From Giardia intestinalis (Eukaryota): DNA of 64,000 bases. The position numbers were made by a program, and so were the translations under genes. The stretch lies in NCBI GenBank assembly GCA_000002435.2, contig CM018790.1; one strand, given 5' to 3'. The notes beneath the pieces are model-generated. The model was given only the letters and a program-made list of their open reading frames with translations, made no database searches and was not told where the DNA came from. Positions 40,008 through 48,049 of this stretch are shown here, piece by piece (the first letter of the stretch is position 1; each line of letters starts with the position of its first letter).

Positions 40008-41240
40008 ATGACCCTTGTGTTTATCATTCTTGTTCATGCAGCCCTCCTGACAGGCACCCATGGAAATAGGGAGATAGACCTGGAGGGGCAGAGCCCAGAG
40101 CATGCATGCACGCTTCCGATCACCCATCGGTCCCGGGCAGGAGCGTTTACATGCTCAGCGTCAACTTGTGAAACCTGTCTCCAGAGCAATGAAGGATGCT
40201 TTTGGTGCGCAACAACCAACAGTTGTCAAGCACTCAGTGAGGGCGCCGTTCCTGATTCATGTCCTCATGCGGAGTGGCACGATATGATCTATGACGCTCG
40301 CAGCTGCTGTGCCCCTTATGGCAGTAGCTATGCCACCTGTCTGGGAGATGTCCGTGTGTCCTATTGTGCGTGGTGTCCCATCACTACCCAAGGGGGATCT
40401 GCCTGTATTTACAAGTTCACAAAGGAGCTCTCCTCTCGATTTTGCAAGGCGCAGCCAGACGAGCTGATCGAGTGCTCTGCGCTTTCTTCCTGTCGCGACT
40501 GCTCTGCAAGCTCCATGTGTGGTTGGTGCGACCTATCTTCTACCTGTGTCACTATCAACACGCTCTACTCCATGGTCAACGACTCATACGTATGCACCGA
40601 GGTCACTACAAACTGTTGTGGCGACTATACCACGTGCGAAGAGTGCTCAAGTCAGTCTGGCCCATTTACCAAGCAGGCCTGTTTGTGGTGTCCAGACGAT
40701 GGTAAATGCAAGAACTACGATGCAGCGATCTCCTCCTGTTCAAGCACCAACAGGATGGGGACAGGGTTCTGCACGGACAGTTGCTACGTTTCTAGTTCGT
40801 CCTGCCACGCGTGCATGCGGGCAGGAGGATGCATCTGGATAGATTCGTACAGCTACACGAGCGCAGGCAGTCCCGTTGCCCCTGGAGACCTTAAGCCTTT
40901 CTGCATAAAAGGAGGCATCAGCGGCCCAGCCAACCGCGCCTTCTTTTATAACAGTTCGAGCCCAGGCAACTATGCGTTTTCGCCCCACTCATTCTACTAC
41001 TTTAGCTGCACGTTGACGGCATCTGGGCTAATCAACACAATGATCGGGGTTGCCGTTTTCGTTGTCTTGGCCATTATTGCGGTCTTGGTGGCGATTACAT
41101 GCATCAAGCGTTGCAAATATATGGTCCTCCTTCGCGAGGCTCTTGCACAGAACAACGAGGTCCTCGTGGACAGCGATGAAGAGAGTGATGACGCACCTGC
41201 TGTGCTTATGGGCGATGTGCAGGCAGTCCCGTGGGAGTAG
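40008..41240 (+). CDS. cysteine-rich type I membrane protein with four PSI (plexin-semaphorin-integrin)-like modules and an acidic cytoplasmic tail; not a VSP
   Basis: Signal peptide MTLVFIILVHAALLTGTHG. Modules: CETCLQSNEGCFWCATTNSCQ, CRDCSASSMCGWCDLSSTCV, CEECSSQSGPFTKQACLWCPDDGKCK, CHACMRAGGCIWID. Transmembrane helix MIGVAVFVVLAIIAVLVAITCI. Tail with DSDEESDD. It lacks CRGKA and GGCY. Confidence 0.55.
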   Translation: MTLVFIILVHAALLTGTHGNREIDLEGQSPEHACTLPITHRSRAGAFTCSASTCETCLQSNEGCFWCATTNSCQALSEGAVPDSCPHAEWHDMIYDARSCCAPYGSSYATCLGDVRVSYCAWCPITTQGGSACIYKFTKELSSRFCKAQPDELIECSALSSCRDCSASSMCGWCDLSSTCVTINTLYSMVNDSYVCTEVTTNCCGDYTTCEECSSQSGPFTKQACLWCPDDGKCKNYDAAISSCSSTNRMGTGFCTDSCYVSSSSCHACMRAGGCIWIDSYSYTSAGSPVAPGDLKPFCIKGGISGPANRAFFYNSSSPGNYAFSPHSFYYFSCTLTASGLINTMIGVAVFVVLAIIAVLVAITCIKRCKYMVLLREALAQNNEVLVDSDEESDDAPAVLMGDVQAVPWE

Positions 41241-41333
41241 GCCACCCGCTCCTTCCCTGGATATGCGTGGAATGACAGGAGTGAATGTTTTATCCTTGCT
41301 TGAAGATGAATTATTTACAATGCACCGGATTGG

Positions 41334-42629
41334 CTAGTTTCCGACTAGGGATCGGTCTATGTTCGTTATGAGACTCCTGATCTGCTCCTTAGACATGTTT
41401 CCTGAGGCTCTGCTGACAGCTATCGGACTAGCAATAGAGTGAATGGGTGGCCTGTTGGATGCGCCCAGCCCGCTGTTATACTGCGAATAGTTGAGCGCGC
41501 TATTGCTAACAGAGCGGTTATTAGCGTTAGATGTAAGGGCGTAAATATGGTCCACATTGTTGGAAACCAGGTCCTCCTCGAGTGCTCTACGCTCCAGGAT
41601 CTGCAGGCGGCTGCGTGCGCGCTCAGCCCGATCGTTTATTTCGCGCATAAGGTCGCTCTTCGCTGCCCTAGACTCCCTCTCTGCATCTTCACATCGTCGC
41701 TTAGAGTCGTAGTTTTCACGTGCGAGAGCGTCCTGGAGTCTCTTGGACGACTCCAGCTCAGAGTCTTTCACGTGTAATAGGGCATCGCGTGCCCTGACCT
41801 CCTGTTCAAGTCTGTAGGCATCAGTGGCCCTCTGTGCGGCAAGCTGGTCGGCGGCGGCAAGCTTGTCTGCGAGCTCCGCCCGCTTCTGGCGCTCAAATGC
41901 AGCTTCGTTGCGGGCGAAGTCGACGTCCTTGCGGAGCGCAAGGTTCTCCTTTTCAAGTTGCCCAAGGCGCAGTCTCAGATCAGCAATCTCACGCTCCGCA
42001 TCGACAAGCCGCGCGCGAAGGGCGTCGTTACCGCGCAACTGAGACTCCATATCTGTGCACTTTCGCTCGAGAGCGGCGTTGCGCTTGCTTAAGTCTGCAA
42101 AGCGATAATCTGCGTCCCGGAGACGGGCCTCTGCGTCATCGCACCTCTGCCGATATGCACCGATGCTCGATGTCAAATCCTGCTTTTCCTTGCGCAGTGA
42201 CTCTGCTAGGCGGCGCTCCTGTTCTATCGCAAAACTCTTATCCGCAAGTTCCTTTTCTAGCAGGGTCTTCCTTGCAGATGTGCGCGCAAGTGCTCCTTCG
42301 AGGGCATCAACACGCGCAGTCCCCTTCAGCGCCTCCATCTTCGCCATCTCGACTTCGTTCTCCTTTTGGCGCATCAGGTCCTCTACCTCGTGGAGACGCT
42401 CCCTTTGCTGCTGGAGCGCGAGGATAGACTCACGGTCGACGAGGTCCTGGCGAAGCTCCAGGTGTTCTAGATCGTTTATGGGCCCCAAGGTTTGCCTGTG
42501 TGACGTCGACGAGTATGCGCTGGCTGAGCGGTAGCCGTTGTCGTGCAGAGACGACAGGCGCATGGACGCGGCAAGAGCCGGGGACTGCTGGGCACGGCTG
42601 TTATATAGATCTCCTGTGCGCAAAGACAT
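41334..42629 (-). CDS. coiled-coil protein, paralogue of 48050..50239 (about 431 aa from the first ATG)
   Basis: The ORF-track start at 42671 is a TTG. The first ATG is at 42627-42629, after an A-rich stretch. It shares an N-terminal block (LEHLELRQDLVDRESILALQQQRERL...ARVDALEGALARTSARK) and a C-terminal block (RAERARSRLQILERRA...SPIAVSRASG...KEQIRSL) with the 729-aa gene. Confidence 0.55.
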   Translation of the reverse strand: MSLRTGDLYNSRAQQSPALAASMRLSSLHDNGYRSASAYSSTSHRQTLGPINDLEHLELRQDLVDRESILALQQQRERLHEVEDLMRQKENEVEMAKMEALKGTARVDALEGALARTSARKTLLEKELADKSFAIEQERRLAESLRKEKQDLTSSIGAYRQRCDDAEARLRDADYRFADLSKRNAALERKCTDMESQLRGNDALRARLVDAEREIADLRLRLGQLEKENLALRKDVDFARNEAAFERQKRAELADKLAAADQLAAQRATDAYRLEQEVRARDALLHVKDSELESSKRLQDALARENYDSKRRCEDAERESRAAKSDLMREINDRAERARSRLQILERRALEEDLVSNNVDHIYALTSNANNRSVSNSALNYSQYNSGLGASNRPPIHSIASPIAVSRASGNMSKEQIRSLITNIDRSLVGN

Positions 42630-42731
42630 GGCCTTTATCAGTTTTGCCTTTTTTTCACCGAGGTTTTGCAACCATTGGCGGAAAATCTGTACTTTTTAGA
42701 TATTACATGTGCAATGGCCATTGTTGGCCAA

Positions 42732-43145
42732 ATGTACCCCGAACTGAATGCACTGTCCAACGCATATGCGGTCGACATGGCCATTCAGCACGAGTCTGCG
42801 AGGATCGTTGTAGTACGCTTCGGGCTCCCTGACACCGCTGCCTGCGCTGAGATGGACGAGCTTCTTGCCGAAACGATGGTGCGTCTGTCACGGATGGCCA
42901 TCTTTTACACCGTTGACCGAAATGTTGTGTCAGGATTTGATGAGCTGTATGAGCTAGAGGATGATGATTTTGCGCTCCTCTTCTATTATAGAGGAAGACG
43001 GATGCAGTGTGATTTCGGACGATTTGGAAAGTACAAGTTGACCGTTGTCCCACCAAGCACAGACACCTTCATTGACGTGATCAGCGAATTGTACTATAAT
43101 GCGCAGCTGGGACGGTTTAGCTGTACGTCTCCCTGGCAGCCATGA
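42732..43145 (+). CDS. DIM1: Dim1 / TXNL4-type thioredoxin-like U5 snRNP protein (137 aa)
   Basis: IVVVRFGLPDTAACAEMDELL (compare VVVIRFGHDWDPTCMKMDEVL), AIFYTVDRNVVSGFDELYELEDDDFALLFYYRGRRMQCDFGRFGKYKL (compare AVIYLVDITEVPDFNKMYELYDPCTVMFFFRNKHIMIDLGTGNNNKI), TFIDVISELYYNAQLGR (compare EMVDIIETVYRGARKGR). The ORF-track start at 42666 is a TTG. The ATG at 42732 (MYPELN...) gives a Dim1-length protein. Confidence 0.65.
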   Translation: MYPELNALSNAYAVDMAIQHESARIVVVRFGLPDTAACAEMDELLAETMVRLSRMAIFYTVDRNVVSGFDELYELEDDDFALLFYYRGRRMQCDFGRFGKYKLTVVPPSTDTFIDVISELYYNAQLGRFSCTSPWQP

Positions 43146-43169
43146 TCCAAAATTCTCAAAATCAGACTC

Positions 43170-46100
43170 ATGGCGGACAACGAGTACACCCTTATTTCGC
43201 AGGTCTCTGCCACAGAAAACTGCAAAACTATGCTGGTTCAACATAATGGCACCGGGAATTATGCCTTTAAGTACTTTTATACCTCCTGGCCTGTTCCGAA
43301 TGCGCGCCTCAGGAGTTGCATGGACGCTTACCTGCAACTTACATGTCCACATATTATTCGCCTCCAGACATACTCCATAGATACAGCCTTCACCCTTGTC
43401 ACAGACATGACCAATGGGCCGAGCTTGCGTTCTCTCATTATTAAGCGTCGGATTGCCCAGCAATGGTTTACTTCAGTAGAGATTTGGCTGCTTATTACTC
43501 AACTGTTAGAAGGGGTTAAAGCCTACCAGAGCTTTTATGCTCGTGTAGGCGCAGCCGCTGATACGCCGCCCAATCTTTTTCTTTCCCCGTTCTTCATTCT
43601 TATAAGTGATGAAGAGCGGATGAAGCTTCAGATTACAGAGTTCTATCAGACCCTCTTACTTCCCAGTGTCCAACGGCTTTATGCCACGTCGGGTGTTGCG
43701 CCCCCAGAGGTTTCAAAGCACCTGCCCATCAGTGCTTCTGCAGACATATGGATGATCGGTGCAATTCTTTATGAACTACTGACTTTACAACAATTGGATC
43801 TAGATCGATTGATTGAGCTGAACAGTGATGTGGTCACACTGGCCAAAATTGATAATCTGTATCCAATAGATTATGAGCCCTTGGAGCCATACCAATCTGT
43901 AGCAGTATATAGTTTTCTTGATCATGGAAAAGCTTTTCGTTACAGAGAGCTCTATTCACTGCTCTCATGCATGCTCATCATAAACCCCGATAAAAGGCCG
44001 CCTGTAGAGCTCCTTTTAGATTACGCTCTATTGCACACTCCGGCTCTTGTGCAACCAGGATCACCAGGGTCTTCCCTTTCAAGGCCAGAAGATGGACATG
44101 TGCCAAGAGAAAAAGGAGGCAACGATGCAGCTATCCAGAGTTCTATAATAGTCGGGTCTGATGCTCCAGATGCCACTCTACAAAATACTCTTCTTGTTGG
44201 CGTGAAAACGGAGTTGCACAAGGCCGTCGAAGAAAACAATCTTGACAAATTGTTTATGAACCTCCAGTTTGCACGATCTACCGACATAGACGGAAACACC
44301 GCTCTTGTATATGCCATAAAGGCTAACAATGAAGATGCAGTGAAGATCTTGGCACAGGAGGAAATCGGCGTTCTCACAGGAGAGGGATATTCTCCTCTTC
44401 ACTTAGCTCTGCTTCTCAATCACATACAGCTAGCGAAGTATCTAGACGCCTCCTACGATCTGCAGTTTCTTCATGGGGTGGAGCTATGGGTTGATGAGCA
44501 TGGGGTTAGTAACCTAATGCGCTGCGTTTGCGAGCGGAATCTCGTTGGGGTATACTATTATTCAGATAAGCAACAGAAGTTGCAAGATTATGACGGCAAG
44601 ACTGCTCTGATTAAGGCTGTGTTGAATTATAATGAAGGACTCCCTGCCGGCCAGGAAGACGTCAATCTGGCAATTATAAGGCTCTTGCGATTGCACGAGG
44701 CAAGAATACAGGATAAGCGAGGGCGCACAGCACTAATGTACGCTGCAGAGTGTGGGTATCTAGCGGCCATTGACGTCCTCTCCGGCTCTGAGGCGGGAAT
44801 GCGCGACAACGAGGGTCACAACTCCCTTGAAATGGCGTTCTCCAACAGAAAACTCGAGGCTGCACGGCGGATGCTTCTATTGGAGCCGGTTCCCCATTCG
44901 TGCCCCGACCGCCAGGGACTCACAGACCTAATGAAGGCATGCATTGAGGAAGATGCTTTTTCGCTTTTCTGCCATATGACGCAGACCAGAGCCACAGATA
45001 TTAATGGTAATACAGCCCTCATGCACTGCGTTATTCACGACCGTCCAGAATTTATACCGGAACTCTCTGAAGAGTATAGAATGATTAACAGAATCACAGG
45101 GCATAGCGCTATGATGCTAGCAGTCCAGCTGGAGAGGCGTGCATGCTTTGAGGCCCTTATTAAGCATGAGTCCGGGCTTAAGTCCTCTAGCGGAATGACA
45201 GCGTTGATGATGTGTGCATCACAAGGCCTTAGGCCCTATGTCAATCGCCTTTTGAATATCGAGACCAATATCTTCAATGGCACGTGGAACGCAATGACGT
45301 ATGCAATAGCTGCTAACCATCACGAGATTATCGGCCTTTTGGCACCGTTAGAGCTCAACCTCTCAGCAGTGCTTAAGGACTACGACGCCCTCACTGACAC
45401 AGCCGCTGAGATTCAGCAGGAACTGGAGGGTGCTGCGTCTAGTGTACGATCCACAATATCTCTTAACTCAGGATATACCCCGCTTATGTTTGCCGCCCAG
45501 CAGGCGAACATAAACGCTGTGTGGGGACTAAGAGACAAGTATCTTGGTCGCAAAGATCAGCACGGTTTCACAGCTCTGATCTATGCCACTCGTGTCAAGT
45601 CCTTAGAATGCTGCAGGCTTCTGGTTGATGAGCGAGACATATTGTGCAATCAAGGCCTTTCTGCTTGGTTCTACGCCTATCAGAACGGATATCATGAGCC
45701 ACTGGACATAATCCGTCCCACGATAAAATATGCTAACACAGAACATCGGCTGACAGATCTTCATATGCTCATCCTACGGAATGAAGTGCCGCTGAGTTCG
45801 GTTCAACCAGGAGGTACTGTGTCTTCATCCTTGACAGCAGACAGCACCGTGCGTTCGAGTTCTGCAAAGTCTTCACTGCACCATAGAGACCCTCACGAGG
45901 GCCTTCAGTCAACTTATACACCTAACCGCTTCAGACGCAGTCAAGTAACCACCTCAGCCATTTTGTGTCCTAAGGAGTTATCAAACACTAGCAATATGAT
46001 ATCCTTAGAGTCCTCTCTTGTGCTTCCAGAAGACCCACCAACTAAGACGCAGCCAGATTATCTACAAGATGTTTCCACTCTTCTTTATCTGACAAAGCTG

Positions 46101-48026
46101 TATACCAAGTCTGGTGAAACAGCCCTTATGCTAGCGGCAAAGAGCTACAGAGGTAAGATGGACAAGAATCTACTCGCTCTCGAGGCAGGAATGCGGGATT
46201 CCTATGGAAGATTGGCATCGTGCATTGCCATAGAGCGTGGAAACACAGAGTTTCTCACTGAGGTTCTTCCGTATGAACGGGATGCTCTGATTGCAGATGG
46301 ATTCACAGACCTAATGCTTTCTATTCTTGAGGATGATTATGTTGCCCTGATGCACCACCTTAAGAATCCAGAACAGCAATGCGGTCAAGTCGTCATGTCA
46401 GCTTACACTGCGCTTAACATTTGCATATACTGTGGCAAGAATACGCTTATACCGCTTTTTCTGCCCTACGAAGCCGACATAGAAATCCACGACAAGCTTA
46501 AGCCGTTGGACCTCGCCTATGCGACCCGCAACGTCGAGGCCATACTTCTCTTAATGCCTTACACATACACGGGAGGGCGACTGGCACTCTCCCAGTGCCT
46601 TTCCAACCTCATTCGAGCAGCCATGAAGGAGCAGCGTCTTTCAGATACAAGAGCATATGACCTTCTAGCAGCATTTCACAGCTCAAACTATCGCCAGCTC
46701 AAGGAGGCTCTTCAGAGTAACGACATTCAAAGCATGAAGGCGTTCAAGGAGCTGGCAGATAGTTTCCAGGCCGTTGCTTTGAATATTGAATACCTTGTTC
46801 TCCCAGACGCTGTCTTTGATGACAATGGAAACTCTCAACTACACATCGCTGCCCTGGCTGCAGATACACGTCTTGCAGCTGCGTTTGTACATCTGCATAG
46901 TTTGCGCAACAAAAAGGGAGAAACAGCGCTCATGCTCGCCGCTCGAAGCGGTTCTGAAGCCGTGGTCGACATCCTTCTAAACTACGAGGCGGAGATGCAG
47001 GACAACAACAAAATGACGGCAACGGAACATAGCATTGTGAGCGGCACATTCCACAAAGTTCTGAACCTGTATACACGGGAGAAGGCCTTTCTCGTTAACG
47101 AGTGTGAGCTTTCTCCTCTCATGCTTGCTGTTTTGGAAGGAGACATTAAAACTGTGAGCGCCGGCCTCAAGTATGCAAAGCTGCGCACATCGTCTGGAAT
47201 GACTGCTTTGCATATGGCTATCTACCTCCGGCAGCAAGCACACGCCAATCTCCTCAAGATGGAGAAAGGAATCCTCACATACGATGGCTTGTCACCGTGG
47301 TTCTTAGCTAAAGAGAAGCGCATGGCACATGATTTCTTAGAACCTGACTCCACGGTAGATGCATTGGGCTGTACAGAGCTCCATCGGGCTGCAATCCAGA
47401 ACAATTCGCAACAAGTAAGGAACTACTTACCTCTTGCGCAACAATATAATGCAAATGGTCGCACCTCTCTTATGGAAGCGGCTCTTGCCGGTTCACTAGA
47501 CGCCGCGAAGATACTCGTCGACCATGAACACGGAATGCGGGCAAGGGCCCGTTTCGTTGTGGGCAATAGCTACTTTGATGAAGCCACTGCATTAATGTTT
47601 GCTGCCGCTGCAGGGCATGAGAGCATTGTACGGCTTCTGATCCCCTACGAGTGTAAGATGCACGAGTCGTGCAACGGAAAGACGGCGCTGATGGCTGCCG
47701 CGGCAGCGGGTCACCTTTCCACCCTTAAACTCCTGATTGATAGCGAGGGAGGGCTTACAGGCCAAAATGGCTGGACCGCGCTGATGTCTGTAGTCTCTAA
47801 GCAGTACGTTGATTGCGTCGCTCCCCTGTTGGAGAAGGAGGCAGGAATGCGGGATTCTCAGGGAAACTGCGCTCTTGTGACAGCAATAAGCAACGGGAAC
47901 ATGGACATCGTACGGGTGTTAGCTCCAATTGAGGCGAAGATAATGGGGAAATCTACTCTCATGCGCATCTGGAAGAGCAACATAGCATACGACGAGATAG
48001 TTCGGTATGTTAACAAGCTACTATGA
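43170..48026 (+). CDS. ankyrin-repeat protein (protein 21.1 family) with an N-terminal NEK-like pseudokinase domain, 1618 aa
   Basis: About 40 ankyrin units of the Giardia type (GNTALVYAI..., GRTALMYAAECGYLAAIDVL..., GKTALMAAAAAGHLSTLKLL...). The N-terminal 230 aa have a kinase fold (YAFKYF..., LITQLLEGV..., APPEV...SADIWMIGAILYELLT) but lack the GxGxxG, HRD and DFG catalytic motifs. ATG 24 bp after the Dim1 stop. Confidence 0.8.
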   Translation: MADNEYTLISQVSATENCKTMLVQHNGTGNYAFKYFYTSWPVPNARLRSCMDAYLQLTCPHIIRLQTYSIDTAFTLVTDMTNGPSLRSLIIKRRIAQQWFTSVEIWLLITQLLEGVKAYQSFYARVGAAADTPPNLFLSPFFILISDEERMKLQITEFYQTLLLPSVQRLYATSGVAPPEVSKHLPISASADIWMIGAILYELLTLQQLDLDRLIELNSDVVTLAKIDNLYPIDYEPLEPYQSVAVYSFLDHGKAFRYRELYSLLSCMLIINPDKRPPVELLLDYALLHTPALVQPGSPGSSLSRPEDGHVPREKGGNDAAIQSSIIVGSDAPDATLQNTLLVGVKTELHKAVEENNLDKLFMNLQFARSTDIDGNTALVYAIKANNEDAVKILAQEEIGVLTGEGYSPLHLALLLNHIQLAKYLDASYDLQFLHGVELWVDEHGVSNLMRCVCERNLVGVYYYSDKQQKLQDYDGKTALIKAVLNYNEGLPAGQEDVNLAIIRLLRLHEARIQDKRGRTALMYAAECGYLAAIDVLSGSEAGMRDNEGHNSLEMAFSNRKLEAARRMLLLEPVPHSCPDRQGLTDLMKACIEEDAFSLFCHMTQTRATDINGNTALMHCVIHDRPEFIPELSEEYRMINRITGHSAMMLAVQLERRACFEALIKHESGLKSSSGMTALMMCASQGLRPYVNRLLNIETNIFNGTWNAMTYAIAANHHEIIGLLAPLELNLSAVLKDYDALTDTAAEIQQELEGAASSVRSTISLNSGYTPLMFAAQQANINAVWGLRDKYLGRKDQHGFTALIYATRVKSLECCRLLVDERDILCNQGLSAWFYAYQNGYHEPLDIIRPTIKYANTEHRLTDLHMLILRNEVPLSSVQPGGTVSSSLTADSTVRSSSAKSSLHHRDPHEGLQSTYTPNRFRRSQVTTSAILCPKELSNTSNMISLESSLVLPEDPPTKTQPDYLQDVSTLLYLTKLYTKSGETALMLAAKSYRGKMDKNLLALEAGMRDSYGRLASCIAIERGNTEFLTEVLPYERDALIADGFTDLMLSILEDDYVALMHHLKNPEQQCGQVVMSAYTALNICIYCGKNTLIPLFLPYEADIEIHDKLKPLDLAYATRNVEAILLLMPYTYTGGRLALSQCLSNLIRAAMKEQRLSDTRAYDLLAAFHSSNYRQLKEALQSNDIQSMKAFKELADSFQAVALNIEYLVLPDAVFDDNGNSQLHIAALAADTRLAAAFVHLHSLRNKKGETALMLAARSGSEAVVDILLNYEAEMQDNNKMTATEHSIVSGTFHKVLNLYTREKAFLVNECELSPLMLAVLEGDIKTVSAGLKYAKLRTSSGMTALHMAIYLRQQAHANLLKMEKGILTYDGLSPWFLAKEKRMAHDFLEPDSTVDALGCTELHRAAIQNNSQQVRNYLPLAQQYNANGRTSLMEAALAGSLDAAKILVDHEHGMRARARFVVGNSYFDEATALMFAAAAGHESIVRLLIPYECKMHESCNGKTALMAAAAAGHLSTLKLLIDSEGGLTGQNGWTALMSVVSKQYVDCVAPLLEKEAGMRDSQGNCALVTAISNGNMDIVRVLAPIEAKIMGKSTLMRIWKSNIAYDEIVRYVNKLL

Positions 48027-48049
48027 GGTGACAACCATTTACATTTGAG

